Assembly (NCBI GenBank): GCA_964534375.1 | Contig: CAZHPN010000017.1 | Location: forward strand, 1 to 51,351 | DNA: 51,351 nucleotides | Direction of reading: 5' to 3' | From: an uncultured bacterium | GTDB lineage: Bacteria; Lernaellota; Lernaellaia; Lernaellales; Lernaellaceae | In this document: piece by piece, positions 37,296 to 46,357 of the stretch | Layout: every line of letters starts with the position of its first letter | How positions within the stretch are numbered: the first letter of the stretch is position 1 | Translations under genes and position numbers: made by a program | Notes under the pieces: generated by a model | The model's input: the letters and a program-made list of their open reading frames with translations, nothing else | Databases searched by the model: none | What the model was told of the DNA's origin: nothing

Positions 37296-38650
37296 TGCGG
37301 CGCGCTCCACGCCTGCCGCGCCCACGCCGCGCCCATCCGCACCAACGAGAAAAAGACTCGCGGCGAGCGAATGCCGCGCATTAGCGTCAGCGCGTAGCCC
37401 GGACGCAAATAGAACCGCTGCGCCGCGGTCCGGGCCCGCTGCGCCGCCACCGCGGCGCCGTCATGCGCCGCGCGCGACGGGTCCATCCGCCAACCGGCGA
37501 TGTCGCCGCGATTCGCGCCGAGTTCGGCGCCGACGCGCGGCGTGAACACGTTGAACGAGGCGTAGCTCAGGGCCGCCGTCCGCGCCAGGCGCACGGTCGC
37601 CGCGAATCCGGCGGCGTCGTCGCCCGGCAGGCCGACGATGAAGTGGGCGCCGTACGGCACGCCCGCGCGCCGGAGAGCCGCCATGCCGGCCTGCGCGCGC
37701 GATAAATCCGCGGTCGGCCGCACCGCGCGCAGGACGGTCTCGTTTGCGGTTTCGAGGCCGATCTGCGCCATCGCGCAACCGGTGCGCGCGAGCAGCGCGG
37801 CCAATTCGTCGTCGATGTTTTCGGCACGGAAATAACCGATCCAGCGAAATCGATAACCGCGCGCCAGCCACTGCTGCAGCAAGTGTTTCGCGCGCTCCGC
37901 CGGCTGATTGAAGGTGAAATCTTTGAAGAACAACTCGGTCGCGTTCAGCGCGCGCAGGGCGTCGAGTTCCGCGAACAGGTTTTCCGGATCGCGCAGCGCA
38001 AAGCCGATTGCCGACGAATTGCAATAACGGCACCCAAACGCGCAACCGTAATTGGCGAGCGTCGAGGCGAACGGCCGGCCCAGAAACGGCATGCAGTACG
38101 GCAGCCGCAGGAACAGATCGTGGCGCGGCACGGGATACGAAAATGCGTCGCGCGCGCGCGGCAAGGGCGCCGGCGGGTCGCCGCGGACATACAAGCCGGG
38201 CCCGCCGCCGCCCGCGCCGGCGAGCCGGTCGCGCAAATCGGGCCGGGTGAAGTCGAGCAGCACGCCTTCGATTTCCGGGCGCACGGCGAGCAATTGGTCG
38301 GGCGCAAAGCGGGCGAAATCGCCGCTGACGAACAGCCGGCAATCCGTGATTTTTTTCACGGCGGCGAGGAATTCGAGGTCCTCGTCGATCGCCGCCGTTC
38401 CCACCAGCGACAGCACGGCGGCGGGCCGGAGGTCGCGAATCCAGGCCAGCGCGCGGTCGCGACCCCACCGCTGGGCCGGCGCATCGAGCAGCGAGACGTC
38501 GTGCGCCGGCGGCAGATAGCCGCTTTGGCAAATCAGGTCGATCGGTTGCCAGAAATAGCCGGCCTTGCTCGACGAGGCGCAGTAGTAGTCGCGCATCGTC
38601 GGCCGCGCCGCGGGTGGATTGAGCAGGAGCAACGGCGGCCGCATCGTCAC
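37292..38650 (-). CDS. B12-binding-domain radical SAM protein (HpnJ-like N-terminus)
   Basis: LLNPP..FWQPIDL, GCAFGCRYC, FKDFTF, IGLET, FIVGLPGD; start 38650 (GTG) or 38644. Confidence 0.85.
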   Translation of the reverse strand: MTMRPPLLLLNPPAARPTMRDYYCASSSKAGYFWQPIDLICQSGYLPPAHDVSLLDAPAQRWGRDRALAWIRDLRPAAVLSLVGTAAIDEDLEFLAAVKKITDCRLFVSGDFARFAPDQLLAVRPEIEGVLLDFTRPDLRDRLAGAGGGGPGLYVRGDPPAPLPRARDAFSYPVPRHDLFLRLPYCMPFLGRPFASTLANYGCAFGCRYCNSSAIGFALRDPENLFAELDALRALNATELFFKDFTFNQPAERAKHLLQQWLARGYRFRWIGYFRAENIDDELAALLARTGCAMAQIGLETANETVLRAVRPTADLSRAQAGMAALRRAGVPYGAHFIVGLPGDDAAGFAATVRLARTAALSYASFNVFTPRVGAELGANRGDIAGWRMDPSRAAHDGAAVAAQRARTAAQRFYLRPGYALTLMRGIRSPRVFFSLVRMGAAWARQAWSAPQ

Positions 38651-40014
38651 CGCCCGATCAAGTATTTGCGGACGATGTCGAGCACCCCGCGCGTTTGCCG
38701 CAACTTGAACATGGACAGCAGCTTCCACAACGGACGCCAGCGCAAATAGAACCGGAGCAACGCCCGGCGTTGCAACTGTTTCAGATCTTTCGCCGGCAGG
38801 TGGGCGTCGCCGAACGGCGTGAAAAAATTGATCGTCGCGATGTCGCAGCCGGCCAACTTCGCGCCGTGGGCGGAACCGGGCAACGGAACGAAAACGCCGA
38901 AATGCGCCAGGTCGAGCCCCAAGCGAATCGCGTCGCGCACCGTGCGCCGCACGCCGTTCGCGTCGTCATACGGCAGCCCAACGACGAACAGGCCCTGCAC
39001 CTCGATGTTCCTTCGTTTGGCCGCAGCGACGACGGCGCGGAGTTGTTCGTACGGCACGAATTTCGTTTCCTTGTCGAGCGCGTTCTCGACCGTCGTCTCG
39101 ATGCCGAGCGAAATCTGATAAACGCCGGCTCGCGCCATCAACGACAGAACCTCGTCGTCGAGGGTCTTGGTCATCAAGCCGTTCGGAAATTTGTACGTCA
39201 GACCCAGATTCGCCGCGATGATTTTTTCAAATAGCGTCCGCGCGTGATCCCGCGGCAGCGTCATGTTGTCGTCTTCGAAATGAACTTCGCGAATGCCGAA
39301 CCGATCGCGCAGAAACCGCAATTCCTCGACGACGTCATCGGCGCGGCGCGTGCGAACCGCCGCGCCGAAAAGAAAACTGGTGGCGCAAAAGCTGCAATCC
39401 ATCGGACAACCGCGGCTGGTCAGAACGGGCGCCACGGGCAGACGCCGCACGAAAAATTGATGGGGCATCGGCGGGTAGCGCTGCGGCTCCAGTTTGTCCC
39501 ACGCCGGCCACGGCAGCGCGTCAAGGTCGCCGATAAACGACGGTTCAGGCTCGCCGACGAAGCGGCCGTCGCGGACGGCAAATACCCCCGGTACGGCGCC
39601 GAGCGGCTCGACGTCCGCGGCCACGGCCGCGAGAAAGGCCGGGAACGAAACCTCCGCCTCGCGTTGAAAGGCGAAGTCGACGCCGAATTCCCGCAGCGTT
39701 CGTTCGGTGAACGCCGACGGATGCGCGCCGCCCAGGACGATCAGCGCCTCGGGCAAAACGCGACGCAGCCGACCGACGAGCGCCCGCGCGGCCGCATAAT
39801 TCGGCGTCGAGACGCTGACGCCGACCACCCGATACGCGCCGGCGCGCAGGCGGTTGTCGAACGCCGGCCAGGTCAAATGGCGCCGCGAAAGATCGTAAAT
39901 GTCGGTCGGAAAGCCCCGTCGTTCCGCGACCGCGGCGAGGTAGCCGATTCCCAGCGGCGGCATCACCGTTACGGCGGCGGACGGCGGATAACACAGGGCG
40001 GTTCGAAAGGTCAC
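38647..40014 (-). CDS. B12-binding-domain radical SAM protein (class B methyltransferase-like)
   Basis: PPLGIGYLAA, LGGAHPS, SRGCPMDCSFC, FEDDN, LGIET, FVVGLP; GGAGG RBS. Confidence 0.9.
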   Translation of the reverse strand: MTFRTALCYPPSAAVTVMPPLGIGYLAAVAERRGFPTDIYDLSRRHLTWPAFDNRLRAGAYRVVGVSVSTPNYAAARALVGRLRRVLPEALIVLGGAHPSAFTERTLREFGVDFAFQREAEVSFPAFLAAVAADVEPLGAVPGVFAVRDGRFVGEPEPSFIGDLDALPWPAWDKLEPQRYPPMPHQFFVRRLPVAPVLTSRGCPMDCSFCATSFLFGAAVRTRRADDVVEELRFLRDRFGIREVHFEDDNMTLPRDHARTLFEKIIAANLGLTYKFPNGLMTKTLDDEVLSLMARAGVYQISLGIETTVENALDKETKFVPYEQLRAVVAAAKRRNIEVQGLFVVGLPYDDANGVRRTVRDAIRLGLDLAHFGVFVPLPGSAHGAKLAGCDIATINFFTPFGDAHLPAKDLKQLQRRALLRFYLRWRPLWKLLSMFKLRQTRGVLDIVRKYLIGR

Positions 40015-40078
40015 GCCGGCGATGCCTCCCCTGGCGCAAGACGCGCCGCCTGCCGGGGCTCAGCCCGGAGCGGTTTTG

Positions 40079-40107
40079 ATTATAGGATACGAGATTCACG
40101 ATTGCAC
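40079..40107 (-). promoter_or_regulatory. Sigma70-like promoter of the radical SAM operon
   Basis: GTGCAA-17 nt-TATAAT about 65 nt upstream of the GTG start. Confidence 0.6.
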
Positions 40108-40161
40108 CCGCCGGCGTTCGGCGCGCGCGGCTGGCTCGCCGCGGCGGACGCGAGTCTGAGA

Positions 40162-41949
40162 TTATCCAGGTGCGGGCGCCGTCTGCCGTTGCATTGCGCC
40201 GCGCGCCGGCTTTTCGCCCCAAAATACCGGCAACTCGATCTCCAGTATGCCGATGCCGCTGGCGAGATAGACCCGGTCGTTTTTGACGTCTAACCAGATC
40301 GATGCCGGACTGGGGCCGACATAGACCTCCTTGACAATGCGACCGCTGGCATCGTCGATTACTTGCAACATGCCCGACGCTCGGCAGAGGCCGTAGAAGA
40401 CTCCGCGACGTTCATCCTGCGCCAGCGAAAGCAGGTTGGGTCCGGCAGTTATCGTGCGCAGAATCTTCATGCTGTCGAGCGAGACCTCGTGCATCTCAGC
40501 GTTGTAAAAGCTGGGCGCCCAAATGCTGCGGCGCCCAGCGATGGGAAAGATGGGAATGCCGCCGGTCAACTTGACGTCGCGGCTGACCGTAAACGTCGCG
40601 AGGTCGATTTCCACAACCTCGGTGAGATTTCGCTCCTCCACGAGGCCGACGCTAACGTACAAGCGGTTGGCGTCGCGATCGAGGTGCATGCCAAACGCGC
40701 CGTCGGTGAATTTGGTGAACCCGGTGGCGAAAAGATCCAACGACCGGCGCAATCGTAGCGAACATGAATTCGCCGAGTCTTCCCGATCGAATTCGGCAAT
40801 GATCGGGTGGGTGACGTTGGATACAAATAGGCGGGCATCGTCGACGAGCATGTTCCACGGCGTGGTTAGGCCGAGGTCGAAAATATTGCGCTGGCACCGG
40901 ATCGCGAACGGTTCGACGCCGATCGCGAGGAAATCGCCGTTGAGCCAGTTGAGCCCCCACAGCTCACTCCCGTCGGGCGCGAGTTGCAGGTCGCGCATCA
41001 AGCCGGGAATGCGGAGTTGGCTTCCGCCGCGAGTATGGCGGTCCACCGCATACAGGCCGCACGTGGGACCATAGCTCAGATACATCGTTTCCGGCGTAAC
41101 CACCAGCTTGCGCGCAAACAGAAAAGAGGAATCGGCGACCGTGCCCGGCGGCGGATAATAGACCGAAACGCCCGGCGTGCGTGTCGCGGCGATGTGCGGA
41201 TCGATAGCGACCGGCAGGAAATCATAGACCGAGGCGACCGGAAGCGCGCCCATGTAATTCAGGCCGATCAGCATCATGTGAAAGGCCAACGGCGTGAGGC
41301 GAAAAGCCATGGAAAAAGCGCGAAGCCAGAATAAGACCGCGATGGCGACAGCCGGCCCGGCGAACATCACCAGATAATACATCAACGCTCCGTGCAATCT
41401 CGTCGGCACGCCGACGCCGCCTACCGACCAACCCGCAAATGGCGTGAAAATCTGAAGCACTTTCCACGCCAACAACAGGGCGACGATCGTTGGCGGCCAC
41501 GGCAGCCACCGCCTGCCAGGCGTACGGATCGCCAGCCAAAGCAGCCCGGCCACGGCGACCAGAAACAACGCCGTAAACCCCGGCGACAGCGGCGCAAGCA
41601 GCTTGATCCAAAGCGGCGCCTTGATCACCTCCGGCCGCAGCCAGGAAAAATCCCAGCCCTTGCTGACCACCGCTCTGTTCGATTCGACGCCGACGAAGCC
41701 TATGAAACCAACAAAGCCGGCGACTTGGAATCCGAACCGCGGCAACGAAAATCGCGTGCTCCACAAGCCCAGGAGTTGGGCGGCGGCAAGCAAACCAAGG
41801 AATAGCGACATCCACGACGCGATTTCCCAACGGGTGTGGAATTTCAGCGGGTAAAGGACGATCGCCTTGATAAGTTCATAAAAGATCAGGTTGAACGTCA
41901 AGATATCGATCAAGGCGAGCAGCCAACGCACACGCGGCTTGCCAGACAA
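40162..41949 (-). CDS. Membrane protein with C-terminal YncE/YVTN-like beta-propeller
   Basis: About 6-7 N-terminal hydrophobic segments; propeller-like repeats (LAPDGSELW, DRDANRLYVS, RTITAGPN, EVYVGPSP..DRVYLA). Confidence 0.7.
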   Translation of the reverse strand: MSGKPRVRWLLALIDILTFNLIFYELIKAIVLYPLKFHTRWEIASWMSLFLGLLAAAQLLGLWSTRFSLPRFGFQVAGFVGFIGFVGVESNRAVVSKGWDFSWLRPEVIKAPLWIKLLAPLSPGFTALFLVAVAGLLWLAIRTPGRRWLPWPPTIVALLLAWKVLQIFTPFAGWSVGGVGVPTRLHGALMYYLVMFAGPAVAIAVLFWLRAFSMAFRLTPLAFHMMLIGLNYMGALPVASVYDFLPVAIDPHIAATRTPGVSVYYPPPGTVADSSFLFARKLVVTPETMYLSYGPTCGLYAVDRHTRGGSQLRIPGLMRDLQLAPDGSELWGLNWLNGDFLAIGVEPFAIRCQRNIFDLGLTTPWNMLVDDARLFVSNVTHPIIAEFDREDSANSCSLRLRRSLDLFATGFTKFTDGAFGMHLDRDANRLYVSVGLVEERNLTEVVEIDLATFTVSRDVKLTGGIPIFPIAGRRSIWAPSFYNAEMHEVSLDSMKILRTITAGPNLLSLAQDERRGVFYGLCRASGMLQVIDDASGRIVKEVYVGPSPASIWLDVKNDRVYLASGIGILEIELPVFWGEKPARGAMQRQTAPAPG

Positions 41950-42177
41950 CCAACCGCCCCAGCGCTCCGTCCTATGAATCCAAATTCGACCGAACCGCCA
42001 TCTCCAGCGATTGAGCGTCGCCGACCGCGGCGCGGGATTGGCGGCGTTGGGGTCGGTGAGATTCGAGATAGTCAGGCCTCCGCCGCAGCGACGCCCGGGA
42101 GGACGCCCTGCGTGAGCCGACGTCTCCCCGCCTCGCGACGAGTTCGCGCCCGGCGACCACCTCCCAGGTTTGTTCCG

Positions 42178-42205
42178 ATTATAGTCCTCTGACGCAAGCC
42201 GTCAA
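42178..42205 (-). promoter_or_regulatory. Sigma70-like promoter
   Basis: TTGACG-16 nt-TATAAT pointing to the 41949 gene. Confidence 0.6.
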
Positions 42206-42328
42206 CGTGTTGACGTGTTGACGGTGTCCGCCGCGATGAAAGTGAAGCCGCCGCCGCCCGTCCGACCCGAATCGTCCCCGCGCGACACCTTGCCTTCGGG
42301 CGGGAACCGGTCATATGATCGAGCTTTG

Positions 42329-44491
42329 ATGAAACGCCTCGCGCGCCGAATGCTTCTGTCGCTCCGCCGGCTGGCGAAACCTCCAGACGCTCCTGCGTCG
42401 GCGGGTTTTCAATTGGGGCGGCGCGCCCGACGGTTTCTGGAGTGCGCCGCCGCGATGTTGGCGGTGACCGGACTTACGATCGCATTTCGCGGCCGCCTCG
42501 ATTTTGTCACGTTTGTATTTCTGAAGATTCATCGGGGCGCGGCGCTTGTCTTCACCGCGGCCTTTCTTTTCGGGTTCGTGCGCTCTCTCGGAACGCATCT
42601 TCACTCCCGCCGTCTCACGGCCGGTTATCCGCTGCTGTGTTTATTTTTCGTTTTCTTGCCGGTGACCCAATACCTGTTTTTTCAACTGGACTATCCGCTC
42701 GCCGCCGTCGGCGTCGCCGTTTTTTTGTGGACGGCGAAGATCCGGCTGCCTGACGGGAAACGACGCGCCGCGATCGTTTCGATCACCTTGTGGCTGGCCG
42801 CCGTTCCCGTAATGCTGGCGGGTTGGCAAATTCTCCTGTTTCCCACGATGCGTCACAATTTCTATCATCTTTTTCACCGCTGGGGCGCCTTGGCTTTCGC
42901 CTTGCTGTTGCCTTGCGCCCTGCCGGCCGCGGCGCCGCCGCGGCGCGCGGCGCGCTGGCTTCACCTCGGCGCCATTGCGGCTGCCGCGGCGATATTGACC
43001 GGCGGCTGGGGCGTGGCCGCCTGGATGAGCGCTCGCTTTCCGGTCGCGGAGCATCGTGGTCCGCGGCCGCCCTTTCGCCTCGACCTCGCCGACGCCGCCG
43101 CGAATCGACCGCTAGTGGCGGATCTTTCACGATTGACGCCGTCCGGCGCGTGCTCTTCCCGGGAATGCCACAAAATTTTTTACGATCAGTGGAACATTTC
43201 GCCCCATCACTTGGCCGGCCGAACCGAGCCGTACAAATACTTGGTGCGGTTGCTGATCAAAGAAAAGGGACCTCAGGCGGCCGTTTTCTGTTCGCGGTGC
43301 CACACCCCGCTGCTCGCGCTGGCCGGTTTGGCGGACAATCCCGACGATCCGGCGCAGAGCGCGTTGCGCAACGAGGGCGTATCCTGCCAATACTGCCATA
43401 TTGTCGACGAGGTTCGGACGCCGCCGGCGAACGGCGACGTTCGCGTGCAATTCGGCCGGGACTATCTCGATGATTTAGGCGGCGGATCGGAGATGGAGTC
43501 GCACCGCCATGCCTTCATTATGGCCGACTTGATGCCGCACAGGAATCTCTATCGCCGGCCGGTGCAAAAAGAGACCGCATTTTGCGGGGCCTGTCATCGG
43601 GTGGACATGCCCGCCGCACTGACCGAGGGCAAGGCGATGATTGTGGGGGACACCCATACGCCGTGGATCGGCTCTCGTTCCGCGGCGCAGGGGATGACTT
43701 GCCAGGTCTGCCATATGCCGCTCACGATGACGCGGCTGCCGCAGACCGATTACCGCGGCTATCCCGACGATTTGCACGCCGGCCCCGATCATCGATTTAT
43801 CGGCACCTGTCAGGCGCTGGCGTTGCTCGTGCCCGAGGAACGCAACTTGACAAGACAATACGACGCTGTGGTCGCGCAACGGTTATTGGGTCAGATCGAG
43901 ATTCCGCGGCTGGAGTATTTTTATCTCTGGCTCGTGCGGGACCCACGGCTGCCGGCGTTCCGCAAATATCTGAAAGGACAGAACCCAATTGCGATGCGGA
44001 TAGCCGCCGACCGCGGGCCGCGTCCCGAATCGGCGCGGCTGATTCGCATCGAGACGAGAAACAACACGTTTGCCCACGTTTTGCCGTCCGGGCCGCTCGA
44101 TCTCAATGAGATCTGGCTGGAGTTAACGGTTGCCGACGGCGCCGGCAAGACGATCTTCACCACGCCGGGATTGGACCAAAATCAAGAGTTGCCGCCGCAG
44201 GCGCTCCGGCTCGGCACACGGTTGCTCGACAAGAACGGCGAGGCCATCAACGACCATCGCTTCTGGGCGGCCGATCGCGCGGTTGACAAGAACATCCTCG
44301 AATTGGATCGGTCGCGCTACGACGAGTTCCGCATTTCGGTTCCGCCCGACGCCAGGTTCCCGTTGACGGTCAAGGCTGTCTGGCGATATCGTCGCTACAA
44401 CCAGCGCATGGCCAACGCGGTCTACGGCGTCGGGCGCGTCACCTTCCCGACACTGCCGCTTGTTTCCGAAACCATCACCGTGGAACGCTGA
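42329..44491 (+). CDS. Membrane-anchored multiheme c-type cytochrome (5 heme motifs)
   Basis: CSSRECH, CSRCH, CQYCH, CGACH, CQVCH after several TM helices; start uncertain (42236/42329). Confidence 0.85.
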   Translation: MKRLARRMLLSLRRLAKPPDAPASAGFQLGRRARRFLECAAAMLAVTGLTIAFRGRLDFVTFVFLKIHRGAALVFTAAFLFGFVRSLGTHLHSRRLTAGYPLLCLFFVFLPVTQYLFFQLDYPLAAVGVAVFLWTAKIRLPDGKRRAAIVSITLWLAAVPVMLAGWQILLFPTMRHNFYHLFHRWGALAFALLLPCALPAAAPPRRAARWLHLGAIAAAAAILTGGWGVAAWMSARFPVAEHRGPRPPFRLDLADAAANRPLVADLSRLTPSGACSSRECHKIFYDQWNISPHHLAGRTEPYKYLVRLLIKEKGPQAAVFCSRCHTPLLALAGLADNPDDPAQSALRNEGVSCQYCHIVDEVRTPPANGDVRVQFGRDYLDDLGGGSEMESHRHAFIMADLMPHRNLYRRPVQKETAFCGACHRVDMPAALTEGKAMIVGDTHTPWIGSRSAAQGMTCQVCHMPLTMTRLPQTDYRGYPDDLHAGPDHRFIGTCQALALLVPEERNLTRQYDAVVAQRLLGQIEIPRLEYFYLWLVRDPRLPAFRKYLKGQNPIAMRIAADRGPRPESARLIRIETRNNTFAHVLPSGPLDLNEIWLELTVADGAGKTIFTTPGLDQNQELPPQALRLGTRLLDKNGEAINDHRFWAADRAVDKNILELDRSRYDEFRISVPPDARFPLTVKAVWRYRRYNQRMANAVYGVGRVTFPTLPLVSETITVER

Positions 44492-46128
44492 GCCGACGGC
44501 AAGGCAATGGTCGCGGAGACCGGGGATCCCCCGCCTGCGAAACCAAAGGACTCTGGACGGCCAACGGCGTCGTCGAAGCTGGCCGTGAGACCGCCATCGA
44601 CCGACGCACTGCACGGTCCGGCTTTCAGGGGACCGTTTTGCGCAGCGTTTGCGGCGACCGCTTCGACGGTCACGACGTGATTTTCGGCGTGCGGGTCGCA
44701 CGCGACGGTCAGACTGCCGCTTGACGAGTCGTACGCGTACGACCACGAGCCGGCGGCGTCGGTCGACCGAACGACGAAGCCGTTGGGGTAGAAATAACCC
44801 GCGTTGACGAAGATTTCGACGCTGGGCGCGAGATCGGGGCGATTGTCGAAGGCGACGGTGAACGCGGCGGTGTCGGCGGCGAATTGGAACGACTGCAAAA
44901 CGCCGGCGGTCAGCCGCGGATACGGCTGCGCTAGATGGCGGTAAAAGAGGTCTTTCGGCTGGCCGGAAACCTCGCACAGTCCCATGCCGCCGGCGTCGTA
45001 ATGGAACGTCCACCAGGTCCAACTGGCCAGGTCCGCTTCGAACAGGTCGACGGCGTCGCGGGCGTACTGCTCGGCGTGCGCGACGCTCGAGGCGATGCCG
45101 GTTTCGCCGATCAGCAGCGGCGTTTTCTGCGTCACCGACTCCCGCTGCCGCAGATCCAGTTGGTTTTCGAGCAGGGACTCGGGAAAATCGTAGTCGCCGC
45201 CGTCGGAAATCGTGCCCGGGTACAGGTGCGGGCTGTAGATCAGGCCGGCGGCGTCGATTGGCGTCATGGTGAACGGGAAGCCGATCAGCGAAATCATCGG
45301 CGGCTCAATGAACAGCCGGGGCGCCGCGTCGAACGCGCGAATGGCGGCGATCATCTGCTCGTAAAGCGGCCGCAGCAGTTGATTGTCCATCAGCCAGGGC
45401 AATGTGCGCAGCCCGGCCAGCGGCTCGTTGAACAGATCGTAGGCAAACACGCGGTCGTCGCCAGCGAAGTATTCCGCGACCTTCCCCCACGCGGCGGCGA
45501 AACCGGCGACATAGTCGTCATGGTTCCAAAACAGGCCGGATTGCCACAGCCACTCGAGCGGCGGATCGCCGATGTCCTGGCAGGTCCAATCGGGCATGCC
45601 CATGCCGCCGCAACATTTCGACCAGTGATATTGGTGCATGTTCAGGATGACGTGGAGGCCCGCCTCGTACGCGAATTGCACCTGCGGCTCGACCACGTCG
45701 GGCAGATACGTCTCGTCATAGGCGCCTTGCTCCGGTTCGAGCCCTTCCCAGGTCAGCACCATCCGCACGGCGTTGAAGCCCCACGCGGCCATCCGTTGAT
45801 AATCGACCGCCTGCCCGCCGTCTTCGATCGGCTGGAAATTCGCGCCGTGCAAAATGAGCGTGCGGCCCTCGGCGTCGAGCAACGGATAACTTTCCGGCGG
45901 CGACGCGTCATCGTCGGCCGGCGACGCGTCGTCGTCGGGCGACTGGTCGTCATTGTCGTTGTCGTTGTCGTTGTCATTGTCGTCGGCGGTGATCGGCGGC
46001 GTCGCGTCGTCATCGTCATCCGCATGATCGTTGCCGCTGTTGCTGCTGGTTGCGGAAGCCCCGCAGGCGAAACCGCCGGTGAGCAAAACGGTCGCCAGCG
46101 CCAGCAACAACAAATTGCGGGGTTTCAT
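44422..46128 (-). CDS. Glycoside hydrolase family 5 (endoglycoceramidase-like) lipoprotein
   Basis: Lipobox GFAC, acidic linker; DAEGRTLILHGAN, GFNAVR, MHQ, YDLFNEP (acid/base), SPHLY, IGETG (nucleophile), PYPRLTAG. Confidence 0.88.
   Translation of the reverse strand: MKPRNLLLLALATVLLTGGFACGASATSSNSGNDHADDDDDATPPITADDNDNDNDNDNDDQSPDDDASPADDDASPPESYPLLDAEGRTLILHGANFQPIEDGGQAVDYQRMAAWGFNAVRMVLTWEGLEPEQGAYDETYLPDVVEPQVQFAYEAGLHVILNMHQYHWSKCCGGMGMPDWTCQDIGDPPLEWLWQSGLFWNHDDYVAGFAAAWGKVAEYFAGDDRVFAYDLFNEPLAGLRTLPWLMDNQLLRPLYEQMIAAIRAFDAAPRLFIEPPMISLIGFPFTMTPIDAAGLIYSPHLYPGTISDGGDYDFPESLLENQLDLRQRESVTQKTPLLIGETGIASSVAHAEQYARDAVDLFEADLASWTWWTFHYDAGGMGLCEVSGQPKDLFYRHLAQPYPRLTAGVLQSFQFAADTAAFTVAFDNRPDLAPSVEIFVNAGYFYPNGFVVRSTDAAGSWSYAYDSSSGSLTVACDPHAENHVVTVEAVAANAAQNGPLKAGPCSASVDGGLTASFDDAVGRPESFGFAGGGSPVSATIALPSAQRSTVMVSETSGSVGKVTRPTP
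45901..46030 (-). repeat. Coding low-complexity repeats (DN)n and DDDASP
   Basis: gtcgtt hexamer run and DDDASP units in the GH5 linker. Confidence 0.8.
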
Positions 46129-46357
46129 GCCGTCGCCTCCGTTGCCCGCGCCGGCGCGGAAATCCGGCGATTCCCGCAGGGCCGGCGCCGAACTCAGCGT
46201 TACGCCAACCTTTCGCCGCCGTCAACACGATCGCCGCGACCGCGAAAAAGCGGTTTTGCTCGCGCGGCGAACCATGTAAGATGTTGTTGACAGGAATTCT
46301 TCCGAGAACGCCGCAGTTATCGTTTACGGGCGACGGAGGAACGAGGGAAACGCGCCG

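Noticed and set aside
41985..42010. Fluoride-riboswitch-like GGAGATGGC
   Set aside because: The complementary CTCC stem and downstream pseudoknot motif are absent
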